This document shows, piece by piece, positions 14,664 to 31,276 of a stretch of DNA of 64,000 nucleotides (positions within the stretch are counted from its first letter, which is position 1; each line of letters begins with the position of its first letter). Both the position numbers and the translations under genes were made by a program. This DNA comes from the human T2T-CHM13v2.0 reference genome, Homo sapiens. Under the pieces are notes generated by a model. That model was not told the DNA's origin. It ran no database searches and was given only the letters and a program-made list of their open reading frames with translations. Location: the NCBI RefSeq assembly GCF_009914755.1, contig NC_060935.1; one strand, written 5' to 3'.

Positions 14664-17600
14664 AGGATTTGGACTTTAACTTGATTGAGGAAGACACAAT
14701 TTTCTTACATTAAAATTATGACTCATTTATTTGGTATTCCCAGCTCCTTGTCTGGTACATGGCAGGGGCTTGGTGATCATTTTCTGAAAAAAATTCAACT
14801 AAATGAAATTGACTCTATCAATATGTAGAAAAATAAAATTTTCAACAAGCCCTAAAAAGTCCATTAGATTCAACAAATCTATATGGCACCTAGGCTGTGA
14901 GAGGTACAGAGTGAAAAAAATACAGCCTTCTCTTCAGGTGTTCATGACGTGGTGGGGGAGACAGACATGGACAAGAGTATTTTACAATCAAGCAGACAAT
15001 GATAAGGGTTCAGAAAGTAAAAAGGGAATAGAAGAACAATTGATTCAGAATGGCTGGCTCTAGGAAGGCATCACTGTAGACTCAGTATCCAAGATTGGCC
15101 TCGAGGCATTGCTGGGATTGACCCAAAAGGAAATTAGGGAAATGGGCAGTTAGGGAATGGGGCAGTTCTGCACAGCATAAACTAAGTCAGATGGGTCTTC
15201 CTGTAACCTTCATACAAGGCTGGAGGGCAGACATTAAAGGCTCCTTTTCTTTCTAACTTCCTTGTTACTGCTCTTATTTTTCAAGTATTTCACCCTGGTT
15301 TATTAATTCTACCTCCTGGTGCCTCAGCTGGTTTCTTCTAGGAAAAGTTTCTCATTAGCATTTCTATAGGGAGCAGCTGCTACCCTATCTACCCCTATTA
15401 TCTGATGGCCAGGGCAATGGGGTTGACTGGGAGAGGAATTTTAATCCCCTCCTTATGACTCATCTGTTTTCTAATTGAGAACGTCAGGTCTAAAGTCACA
15501 AATGGCTTCCCAGTGAAATCCATCCTTAACATTAAAAATGGTAATAAAGACATGCTTCTCAGTTTTACAATATCATCTATGTAAAATGAATGTATTAAAA
15601 ATTAATCAAACTCATGTTTGTGAATAATCCCAAAGCTATCTTGGATACTACTTGAATGCAAAAATCTCAGGCTGATATGAATGGATTGGGAATTAGATGA
15701 GCTATTGAATAGGGAAGGTTTCTCAAAACCATAATGTCAAAGGGTATCTAATGTTATTTATGACTGTAAATTGTAAAGTAAAACAATGAGCATGTATATG
15801 ATTCTGAATTTTGAATGTATATTTTACATGATGGACTGTGTGTCCCTTTCTGTTTAAGCAGACTGTTCACATTGATGTCATGTGGCAGGTGTCATTTGTA
15901 AAGTCCATGAGACGAACCAGTCACCATGGTGTGAATACACCATAATTTATGTAGAATGGCAGAAGAAAAGGGTTTGTAAATCAAATTATCATTGAAGTGG
16001 AGCACAGCTTGGCTTCTAAGCCTTCTAAGGCAACATAAGGCCCATCTTATGTCAGTGGACATGGTACTTACTTAAATTCAGAAGATATCCTAGAATCATA
16101 GCAAGGAAAAGAATGTGAGACAATAGGGAAGGAAAATCAATGTTCTAGATAAGCTTATAATTGCCAACCATTTTTTCTTTACAGTGTATTTAATGTATTG
16201 AATAGCTTATTTCTTTATATCTACTTTCAATCAAAGTGAATTTCTCAATTATTTGTTAATTTTTATTCTGGAACAAAAAAAAAACCCGTTAAATTTCACA
16301 TCAAATTTGTCATGCACTTAAATTGTTCATTGAAGAAATTGATGTTTCTTAGCAATAATCATTCCCTTAATATTTCAAAACCCTTTTGATTATATAGCAA
16401 AATAGTACTCCTGGCCCGAAAGCCATAGGTATAATTAAATTTTACAAAAGACCTAAATTTAAAAATTTTTTTGAGGTGTTCAAAGATTTTTTTGACAGGT
16501 TAATAGAATTGATAGGTGCTAAAAATAATCATTCTCACCAGCTCCGAGGGCATAGCCTTCCCCCACCAAATCCAGTCATTTCCAGTATGTGTGTAATGTG
16601 AAGCATGGCATGTGAAGCACGACATGCTTACTGCACAGCTAAGCTGTTGTTTTGAGGAAAAAGGCTATATGGAACAAGGTACAACCCCAAATCTGGAGTG
16701 CGTTATATTCAAAGGATGTGGTCATTCCTTGACTGACAGGCCACTCATCCATAAACAAAGCAAGTCCTGCCAACTTGAAATCATAAACTGAGTAGGATCA
16801 CCCAAGGAGGCTTAAGAATCTGGAATCTCTCTTGATTGGCATTGACTGCATGGTGGTGAGAAGAGACAGCTCCTGCTAGTGGGTAGTAAGGTTCCACCTG
16901 CCACAGGGTGCTAGAATGAGAGTGGGAAGATGAAGAGGCCAAGCCAGTAATCTATGATGTTGGGCCAGACGTGGGCTTCTCAGGGTAGGAAGATCAAGAA
17001 ATGAAGTAGGGTCTTGAAGCAAGCAAGCCATAGCAGAACTAGAAAACTACATCCTGCCTTTGTTTTTTATGTCTCCTGCTTATTTGTTTCCCCTCTTTTC
17101 TTTTGCTCCCCGCTTGGTAGCAGCATAAAAACATAGTGAACATTCTACCATCTCATGGCTATTCAAGGAAAAGGATTTATGTCCTTGTTTGACCAAGAGC
17201 TCAAAGGAAGTGCTGTACTCCTGGGTTCCCAGTGTGGTTGTTGTGATAGCAATAAACCAAGAGAGAGATGCCAAGTGGGAGGTGGAATTCAGGAAGATGA
17301 GAAATGCAGGGGTAGGAGTTGGGGGACAGATTTTCTCTTAACATGAAGGATGTCTGGATATGCTATTCTTTCCTCAGCCTATGAGAGAGTATTGGTAATG
17401 TTCACTGGAGAAGGATATTAGTCTAACCTATATACAGAGTCTTGGCAAAGGACTAACTCTCTAGTCCTCCCCGCCCCCCACACCCTCTTGCAGGAAGGAG
17501 GCAGCAGAAAGCTGTGGCATTGATAAAGGACCCCATAAGCTGCATTTTGAACACCTCTAGCTCAATTACTTTCATACAGATCTTCCCCGAGAGACCCCAA

Positions 17601-17989
17601 ATGCAATGTTGCATGTCCAGAGTCAACTGTGTTCTGTTAGCTAATTGATGTTGGTTGAAACATAAGGGGAGAATTGAAAGCTAAGCCTTCAGAAATATAT
17701 ACCGGATGGATGAAGGGCAAGAAAGCAGACTGGAATGGCTGAAGCTGCAGCAGAGGGAAAATTCTAGAAGGAAAGAGAGAGAGAGATTTTCATGCTTGAA
17801 AGCATTCATTTGCAAGGAATTGAGTGTGCTGGAGAAAGGGGTTTTTGGTGGCAAGAGAATGAGAGACATCTGGAGAACATGTAGGGAAAGGAGAGAGAAA
17901 GAAGATGCCTCAATAGCAGAGAAGGCTGGAGGCACCTAGGAAGTAGGATCATAAGGTATCATGTGGAAGGTAGGAATGGAACCAAGATG

Positions 17990-18290
17990 TACTAATTACC
18001 ACTATGTGCTAGGCACGAGCTGTTCTCCTGATTATCTCATTTAATCCTCACAATGTCCGGCACACTGCTTGGCATATAGTAGGCACTCAAAAATATGTTG
18101 AATATTTAATATTAACTAAATAAAAATAAAATGTTTAATATTAAATCAATAAAAGTGTGAACAATCCTAAGAGATGTCTATTACCAATTACATCTTACAG
18201 ATAAGAACATGAGGCCCAGAAAGGTTAGGAAACTTGCCCAATATGTCACAGCTAGGGAGAGGTGGAAGGACAATGACTTCAAAGTTCCAG
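17990..18290 (-). mobile_element. MIR interrupted by an L2 tail
   Basis: attatctcatttaatcctcacaa ... acagataagaacatgaggcccagaaaggttaggaaacttgccca, with L2-like tggcatatagtaggcactcaa between them. Confidence 0.65.
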
Positions 18291-18848
18291 CGGTGGAAGG
18301 TGGGGGGTAATTTGTAAAGATCCTGTGGGTAATCTAGAAAAAGGTATGGTGCTTGGGTGTTGCCCAGAGACTGAGAAAGGGAGGAAAGAATGAAGGGCCA
18401 AGGGAACTGGGCTAGGGAGGAGGGCGAGAGGCCACTTGGAAAGAATTCTTCTTCTGGAAGAATGGGGACCCTGCAAAGGGCAACACCCAGGCTAACGCAG
18501 CAGGTGAGTTGGATGGGGGCACGACGGAAGCACAGCCTCTGCTGACATTGCAAAGGGTCTCTGTGGGAAGGCAGGGATCTGAGGTGGGAGGGATGGAGAA
18601 AAGGGCTACAGCGGTAAAGTGAAAGAGCCAGGCAGGCTGAGATGGAATATACTAACAGCTTGCGCATGGGACAGGGCAGAAGAGAAGGCTTCGACAGGAG
18701 GTGGCCTGGGAGGCGGCTGGGGAGAGGGTGTGGCCTGGGACTGGAGGGAGGCTGCACGCTAGGCCTGCGCTGGGGATCCTGGGCCCCGGGCAGCCCGCGG
18801 GGAGGGTCTGCGTGGTGACTCCCCCGCGCTAGCAGCGGCCGCGTCTCA

Positions 18849-19796
<948 letters not shown>

Positions 19797-20221
19797 CTAA
19801 AGCAAGTCTCTATAATCTTCCTTCAGCCTCCGATCCTGACCGGCCAATGTGGTTCCCACCGTTTTCTACCCCCGATCAGCCGGAGCTAGTTCGCCCTCCT
19901 CCCTCAGCGAGCACCCGGGGAGAGCTGTCCTAGGAGAGTCTGTAGAGTCCCTCGATTACCGGTCGCAAACGCCTTTGGGAGCGCAGTCTGCTGCGAGCGC
20001 CGAAGGGTGAGACGCACGGCGTTCCCGAGTCCCCGGCGAGGGTGTCTGGGACGCGCCCCTCCCTGCGGCTGCGGCGGCGCACAGACCTCGGTCGAGCGAG
20101 GCGACGTGAGGAGAGGTGGCTACAGGCTTAAGCCATGGCGCAGAGGAGGGGCCGGGCGGTGTGGCCGCAGGGTCCGCGGACCGGGCTCGAGTCTCCTTCC
20201 TGCCGGCGTCCTAGTGCAGCC

Positions 20222-20237
20222 GGCCACCTAGCAGGGC
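20222..20237 (-). promoter_or_regulatory. CTCF-like motif in the MAP6 5' region
   Basis: Minus strand CTGCTAGGTGGCC versus core CC(A/G)(C/G)(C/T)AG(A/G)(G/T)GGC, one mismatch. Confidence 0.4.
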
Positions 20238-20424
20238 TGGGAGGCCATCACCTCCAGCGGAGACCGAGCATTGCTGCCTCCGCCGCTGCCCGCGAGGATG
20301 CCGCAGCCGCCGCCGCCACCGCCTCTTCTCCTGGGAAGCGACCCCACCCTTTTCTGCAGCTCTCGGTCTCCGCCGCTGCCCGCGAATGATGCTGCAGCCG
20401 CTGCCGCCGCCGCCTCTGCCTCTG

Positions 20425-20455
20425 CTGCAGGGAAGCGGCCCCACCCTTTTATGCT
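20425..20455 (-). promoter_or_regulatory. Putative MAP6 core promoter (CATAAAAG TATA-like box followed by GGGTGGGG)
   Basis: Minus strand reads gcagCATAAAAGGGTGGGGccgcttccc, which would predict a TSS near 20420. The TSS position is inference. Confidence 0.45.
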
Positions 20456-21357
20456 GCTCAGCAGTGAGAAAAAAATCCAGGAACGATGCTGACTGAAAGA
20501 GTGCTGCAGAAAAAAACAAAACAAAACAAAAACACCTGCTGTCGTCAGCTTGCGCTGCTGGGAGCTTGCCTTCCCTCCCCACCACCCTCCGCCCTGGCAG
20601 CTCCTCCCTCCTCTACTCCCGGGCAACAGCAGAATCTGGGGACGTAGTGGGTTCAAGTCCCAAGCTCGTGAGGACTTTCTGTCCTTGTGCTTGTCGCTTC
20701 ATCCCCAGGAGTCGGAGGCTCCTCTTTTGTAAAATAGGGCCAATGGGGGGGGGGGGTGCTATTAAATTTTAAAACATGGAGGAAACTCCTAGTGAAATGT
20801 CTGTCCCAGAATAGATGCTTTGAAAAGGGGAGCTGCTGGAATTGGTCAAAACCGGCGGGCTGTGTTTGAGCCCAGTTTGGTTGCCTCCTGGTTCAAGCAC
20901 TTGCCAGTCTTACGCACAGGCCTTGCTCAGATGTGTCGGAATGGGAGCACCAGGGCTGGTGGTGCCCTGGATGTTCCTTTCCTAGGGAATCTTTGCGAAG
21001 GTATGTTTTAGACTCCCCCAAGAACCGCCCAGTCCCTGTTCAGTTCAGGTGCCACACTGGGGCAGAGGTAGAGAAAAGAAAATTCTGGAAAGTGGCTTAA
21101 TTGTGGAGGTTGGGAGTAGGTAGGACCTGTGCCCTAGGAAACGGCAGTGCCTGGCCTGCAGGGGCCTTCTGGCACGTTCTCACTCCTCGCCGTTGCTCTT
21201 CTTCTATCTTCAAAGCAGAAGAGATTTTGAAGTCCGAAAGACCTGGTTTGGCTCTGCTACTCTCTGTGCCACTTGGGCAAGTTGAGTCATCCCTGTGTTT
21301 CAGTCTCCTCATCTGTAGAATGGAGGAAATACTACCTGCCTCAAAAATGGTTTTGTG

Positions 21358-21744
<387 letters not shown>

Positions 21745-22959
21745 TTAACTGTATGGCAGTGGGCAAATCACTGCAATCTTCTGACCTTCAGTTTCATCTA
21801 TGAATGGGGGTACCAATACTGAACTTGCAAGGTTGTTCTGAGAATTAAAATGAGATAATGCACTAAAAATGCTTACCACAACATCTGGCATATGGCAATG
21901 GCTCAATAAATGGTAGCTATTAGTATCCAAAAGGCCCACCCAGAAGACCCATAAGTGGAGTGTCCTAAGAAGCCACTTGGACACCTTCTCCAGGAGACCT
22001 CTTGTTCCTCCAAGTAACTTTTGTTCTGTCTTTGCTATCTCTCCATTTATGTCTCCTGCACTCCTCCACTAGCTACATCCACTGGACTTCAGCTCTTTTC
22101 CCCTCCAATATAGGCAGAGTTTTCAGTATCAGTTAAGCTGGGAGCATTGGTGTTTCAGGGAGAGAAAGTCATGTATGTGTTTAGATTATAAATGGGTTGC
22201 ACAACACAGATTTTCTTTAATCCTAGAATCAAATTGGATGAGAAGACAGCTCTGATTAGTCAATTATCTACTGAACTTCCTCCTACTTAGGTCTTTGCCT
22301 CTTGGTGATTTGATTTGAGTTCCATAAATAAAATAATGTCTGGTGCTGTTTTCCAGTCGTTAGGAGATATATTTTTATAAAGAACATAATCTGGTCGTAC
22401 ATTTCCTCTTCTCACCCCTGCAGAACTCCCTGGGATTTGGCTGATGCATTTCCAATAATGATTTCCAAAGGTTTAAAAAAGGCTAAAAATTGGAGGGAGG
22501 ATGTCTATTCTGAGAATCACTGATAGTTTATCCTTCTTTCATTTAACAAGTCTAGTCTCCTGATGCCTACTTTGTGCCTTGAGGACTATAGGACACATAT
22601 GGATTATAGCTCTGGAGGAGCCCTCACTTGAAGGAATGTGTTATTGGAGAACTGAGAGACAGACACATAAGTAAATAATTATCAAAGAGTATGGTCAACA
22701 TAACAGAGGTTAACACTGGTGCTGAATGAATGACTAGTAAGAGATGAGAAGGAGTTCTCCCAGCATGAGAAGTGTAAGGAAAATTTTATCGTTAACATCA
22801 CCTTCCACATTTATTTACTTGGATTTGAAAAATGCATTCAACCTCCCTGGACCATCCAATGACCCTGTGGGACAGACAAGTCTAGTGGTCATCTCTTATA
22901 TGGCTTATTTAGCAATCATTCGGGTGGTCACAGCACCTCATCATTTGAATTTTGAGGGC

Positions 22960-23810
22960 CACTCTTCTATTTTCAGGCCATGTGGTTCAGGTGGAGGTAA
23001 TCCTAACCCACCTACCTTCCAGGGGTGCCCATATGACTCACACCTGTTTGCCAGGGGGATGCATCTTCCTGGTCAAAGTGACTAGTTTAGTGATGGGGGT
23101 GTGATCCACATTAGACCAGTTAAAGAAACCCCAGACTTTAGCTGAAACTATCCTAAAGACCCACTCTCCTTTTTTTTTTTTTTCTAGAATTGCTAAAATG
23201 GAAGACTATGAAGCTACTGTTAGTGGTCATCTTTGCCATTACTGGTGGGGAGGCTTCCTAAGGTTGAAGCAAACACAGAGAAAATCAGAAGGGGGCACAG
23301 GATTCTGATGATATCTACACCCCAGAGCCCATTCTTCTCTTCTTCCCTATAGTAACAAAAGCCCCCAAGTTTTATTTGGGCACTGGGCCACCCAACCAGA
23401 AACCACATTTCCCAACCATCCTTGCAGCAAAGAACAACCATCTGCACTTCCATGTCACTTCCTTAAAAGAAGTTGCTTGTGTTCAACTTTGTCTTTCTCC
23501 CCATTGGGTAGGATGTGGACATGGTAGAGGTGAGTTATCATTTGGGTAGTTAAGACAGCTCTGAAGGTTTTGGTGTTGTGGTTAAGAACATTCTAGTGCC
23601 AAGATTCAACCTTGGGGAAGGAAGGGGAGAGGAACAACACAGCAGAAACCTGTCTTGGATGATCCCATGGAGCAGAGCAGCCTAGCAGCCTTGGGCTACC
23701 TGCTTACTGCTAGACTGCATGTGAGAAAGAAATATAGTTCCCTCTTGTTTGAACCACTGTTTGGAGTTCTCTTAGTATTTTAGTCATTTGAGCATGTGGA
23801 TCTGGCCATG
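22960..23810. mobile_element. Old MLT1-type LTR fragments
   Basis: Degenerate MLT1 motifs (ccacatttcccaaccatccttgcagc; catgtgagaaagaaata...cttgtttgaaccactgt). Confidence 0.5.
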
Positions 23811-23954
23811 CCTGAACAAATTTGAGGTATATAAAAACAGTAGAGTACCAAAATACTGGGAAATACTATGATGTTAAGATATGAAGGAATAATCAGAGTT
23901 AAAATATTCTAAAGTCCCTATTTGTTTGTGAGGAGAGTAGAAATCTTAACTTAT

Positions 23955-24324
23955 TGTATTAGTCTGTTCTTGGACTGCTATAAAGAACTACCTGAGACTG
24001 GGTAATTTATGAAAAAAAGAGGTTTAATTGACTCACAGTTATGCATAGCTGGGGAGGCCTCAGGAAACTTACAATCATGGCAGAAGGCAAAGGGGAAGCA
24101 AGGCACCTTCCTCACATGGCCAAAGTAGGAGGAAGAGAGAGAAGGGGTAAGTGCTACACACTTTTAAACAACCAGCTCTCATGAGAACTCACTCACTATC
24201 ATAAGAACAGCAATGGGAAATCCACCCCCATGATCCAATCACCTTCCACCAGGTCCCTCCCCCAACACTGAGAATTACAATTCCACATGAGATTTGGGTG
24301 GGGACACAGAGCCAAGCCATATCA
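23955..24324 (-). mobile_element. MaLR solo LTR (MSTA/THE1D-like)
   Basis: tgtattagtctgttc...tacctgagactgggtaatttat...gagatttgggtggggacacagagccaagccatatca; TG...CA ends; 5-bp TSD cttat/cgtat. Confidence 0.9.
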
Positions 24325-24609
24325 CGTATTAACCTAAAAAGTTTATGAACCTAAAAATTCACATTTAAAGAAAGAAAGAAAAGGGACTATAGAAAACTTT
24401 ATTAAGGCCAGAAATAAGTACAGAGAAAACATGGCAAATAGCAAATCCATAATAGGATGTTAGAAATATTTCCAAATATATGAGTGATGGGGTAAATGTA
24501 AATGATCAGAATTTTCCTGTTAAAAGACAGAGAATCTCAGATTAGAGAAGAACATAAAACAAAACAAAATATACCTATACATTATTTTCTTAAGAATTTT
24601 TAATGATGC

Positions 24610-24770
24610 TTTTTGAGACAGGGTCTCACTCTATTGCCCAGGCTAGAGTGCAGTGGTGCAATCATAGCTCATTGCAGCCTCAACCTCTGCAGACTCAGGT
24701 GATCCTCCCCCCTTAGCCTCCCAAGTGGCTGGGACTACAGGTGCACACCACCATGGCTGGCTAATTTTTG

Positions 24771-24802
<32 letters not shown>

Positions 24803-24923
24803 TGCAGAGATGGGGCTTTGCTCTTGTTGCTCAGGCTGGTCTCAAACTCATGGGCTCAAGTGATCTGCCCATCTTGGCCTCCCAAAATGTTGGGATTACA
24901 GGTGTGAGTCACCACACCTGGCC
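24610..24923 (-). mobile_element. AluJ
   Basis: J diagnostics (atcatagctcattgcagcctcaacc; gggctcaagtgatc) and a long internal T run. Confidence 0.9.
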
Positions 24924-24960
24924 AGCTTATTTCTGAGTGTCATATTTAAAATGCAAAGAT

Positions 24961-25909
<949 letters not shown>

Positions 25910-27130
25910 GTAGATAAATACTAATGAAAATGAAAAGCTGATGCCGTTTTATTAATAACAGACAAATTTGGTTTTAAAACAAAAAGCACTATTATGGATA
26001 AAGGGGATCTTCATATAAAAATAGAAGAAACAATCCCCCAGAAGTATATAATGTGGTTTTCCTCTAACAATATAGCCTCAAAATATAGAAAGCAAAACTT
26101 GTAGAATTTTAAGAAGAAATGCAAAAATCCATAATCATCATCATCATAGAGCTTTTTAAAAATACATAAGAGTAACTTACAAATGCAATACATAAAATGT
26201 TGTTAGGGATGTAGAAGATTTAAGTAAGTAATAAGCTTGATCTAATGGGCCCCTCATTCAACAATTAGTGAATGTATTATTCTTAAATTTATATGGAATA
26301 TGTAAAATTTGACCATGGACCTAGGCCACAAAACAAATATGAACAAGAAGCAAGGACACATACATACCACATTTATGATGCCAGTACAATGATGTTAGAA
26401 ATCAATAACAAAAAATAATCACAAGCCTACACATATTTAGAAATTAAACTAAGAAAAACAAAAAACATATTTATAGATTAATTTATAGCTTAAAATAGAT
26501 TATAATAGATATTAGAAAATATTTAGAACCAAAAGGAAATGAAAACATTGCATACCAAAGTTTGTAGGATGCAGCTAAATACAGTATTAGTAAGGAAACT
26601 TATAATCTAAATACATAAGTTAGAAACTAAGAAAGACTAAAAATACGCTCACGATTAGACTCAAGAAGTTAAAAATCAGTGGCATGCACCTGTAGTCCCA
26701 ATAACTCAGGAAGTTGAGGCAGGAGGATCACTTGAGCCCAGGAGTTTGAGGCTGTAGCATGCTGTGATTGCACCTGTGAATAGCCACTGCACTGCAGCCT
26801 GGGCAACATAGCAAGGCTCCATCTCTAAAAAAGAAAAAAAGAAAAAAAAAACCATAGTACAGAGCAAACTCATAAGAAAATAAAAGGGGAAAAATAAAGA
26901 AAACAGCAAGGTGATTAAATATAAAATAACCATGCATTAGCTACTATTAAGAAATCTAAAAGTTGCTTCTTTGAAATAGACAAGTCTCTAACAAGTTCAT
27001 CCAGAAACAGAGAGAGAGAGAGAGAGAGTATCACACATCAAAAATTTTAGGATTGTAAAGAGGGATAATTGTTGATATGGCAGATTGAAAGAATCATAGA
27101 TAAATACTAAGAACTACTTTCTTCTGATAA
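25910..27130 (+). mobile_element. Old L1M ORF2 remnant (also ~24330-24600 and ~31415-32140)
   Basis: cctctaacaatatagcctcaaaatatagaaagcaaaact; aaacattgcataccaaagtttgtaggatgcagctaaa. Confidence 0.7.
26677..26851 (+). mobile_element. FAM-type fossil Alu monomer
   Basis: Contains the 7SL-like cctgtgaatagccactgcact segment; A tail. Confidence 0.8.
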
Positions 27131-28209
27131 ATGTGAAAAACTTTGCATGATAGCCAGCCTCCAAGAAGGCCCACAGTGACCCTAACTTCCCAGTGTTCAC
27201 AGCCTTGTGTAGTCCTCTGCCCTGAATCAAATCACTTAGAAATATGCATTTAAATTTCCTCCATGTCTTTTCATGGCTTGTTAACTCATTTCTTTTTAGA
27301 GCTGGATAATATTTCATTATCTGGATGTACCACAGTTTATTCATTCACCTACTGAAGGATATCTTCGTTGCTTCCAAGGGTTGGTAATTATGAATAAAGC
27401 CACTAGAAACATCCGTGTGCAGGTTTCTGTAGGGACATAAGCTTTCAACTCCTTTGGGTAAATACCAAAGAGTACAATTGCTAGATGACACAGTTAGAGC
27501 ATGCTTAGTTTAGTAAGAAACTGCCCAAATGGCTTCCATAGTAGCTGTACAATTTTGTGCTCCTACCAGCAACAAACGAGAGTTCTCATTGTCCCATGTC
27601 CTCTCAGGTTATTTGGTTTTATCGGTGTTTTGGATTTTTCACATTCTAACAGGTGTATAGTAGTATCTCATTGTTTTAATTGGTAAATCTCTAATAGTGT
27701 ACAATGTTAAACATCTTTTCATATGCTTACTTGCCGTCAGTACATCTTCTTTGGTGAGATGTATGTTCCAGTGTTTTGTCCATTACATTTATTTTTATTT
27801 ATTTATTTTTTTAAGAGATGGGGTCTTGCTCTGTCACCCAGGCTGGAGTGCATGATCATAGCTCACTGTAGACTCAAGCTTCTGGGCTCAAGTGATTGTC
27901 CCACCTCAGCCGCCCAAGTAGCTGGGACTACAGGTGTGAACCACCGTGCCTGGCTTTTGTCCATTTTTTAATCGGGTTGTTCATTTTCTTACTGTTGAGT
28001 TTTACAAGTTGTTTGTATATTTTGGATGATAGCTTGCTTGATACCCTTCATCCTAAATCTTTTGCAAATATTTTCTCAGTCTGGTTTGTCTTTTCATTCT
28101 CTTCACAGTGTCTTTTGAAGAACAGAAGTATTTAGTTTTAACAAAGTCCCATTCATAAATTCTTTCATAAAAGGGTCATGGCTTTGGTGTTGGATCTAAA
28201 AAGTCATTA

Positions 28210-28347
<138 letters not shown>

Positions 28348-28613
28348 TTAAACTTAAAATAAATAAATAGTTATCAGCAAACCCAAGACTATATGTTTTC
28401 TCCTATGTTATCTTCTGAGAGTTTTATACCTTTGTATTCTACATTTATGTCTATGAGCCATTTCAAGTTAATTTTTGTGAAGGGTGTAAGCTCTGGGTCA
28501 AGATTCATTTTTTGGCGTGTAGATTTCCAGTTATTCTAGTCCCATTTGTTGAAAAGACTACCTCTGCTCCATTGTATTGCCTTTGCTTCTTTCTCAAACA
28601 TCAGTTGACTATA

Positions 28614-29283
28614 CAGATGCTTCTTGACTCATGATGGAGTTAAACCCATTGTAAATTGAAAACATTGTATGTCAAAAATGCATTTATTACATCTAACCTA
28701 CCAAACATCATAGCTTAGCCTAGCCTACCTTAAACATGCTCAGAACACTTTCATTAGCCTATGGTTGGGCAAAATCATTTTTTAAAAAAAGCCCATTTCA
28801 TATAATGAAGTCTTGAGTATCTCTTTTAATTTATTGAATAGTGTATTGAAAGTGAAAAACTGAATGTTTGCACAGCAATCCCCCTTGATCTGTGCTTTCG
28901 CTTTCTGTGGTTTCAGTTACCAACAGTGTAGTACAATAAGATGTTTTGAGAGAGGGGGAAAAGAGAGAGAGAGAGACCATATTCATATAACTTTTATTAT
29001 AGTATATTGTTATAATTGTTCTATTTTATTATTAGTTATTGTTGTTTATCTCTTACTGTGCCTAACTTATAAATTAAACTTTATTATAGACCTGTATGTA
29101 TATGAAAAAACAGAGTATATATAGGGTTTTACTAGCCTTGGTTTCAGGTAACCACTGGAGGTCTTGGAATGTCTTCCCTGCAGATAAAGGGAGACTGCTG
29201 TATACTACTAATGCATGTCACTTCTGCATCATCGCAAAATTTAAAAATCATAGATTGAACCATCGTTAGTCAGGGACCCTCTG
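28614..29283 (+). mobile_element. MER47A-like Tigger MITE, split by MER44A
   Basis: cagatgcttcttgactcatgatgg...catcatagcttagcctagcctacc...aaccatcgttagtcagggaccctctg; TA TSD. Confidence 0.82.
28873..29200 (+). mobile_element. MER44A-like Tigger MITE
   Basis: TIRs cagcaatccccctt / aagggagactgctg; internal gagagaccatattcatataacttttattatagtatattg. Confidence 0.82.
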
Positions 29284-29412
29284 TATGTATGTGGGTCTAT
29301 TTCTGGACTCTCTATTCTATTCAATTTATTTCTCTCTTTTTTCACTAATATCACACTCTGTTGATCATTAAGCTTTATAATATGCCTTGAAGTCAAATAC
29401 CATCAGTCCTCT

Positions 29413-31276
<1,864 letters not shown>

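Noticed and set aside
18188-18757. 189-aa minus-strand ORF in intron 1
   Set aside because: Non-ATG start, pyrimidine-rich low complexity, and it ends in MIR sequence.
26677-26851. 7SL RNA gene
   Set aside because: Only the Alu-domain portion is present, diverged and A-tailed: a FAM monomer.
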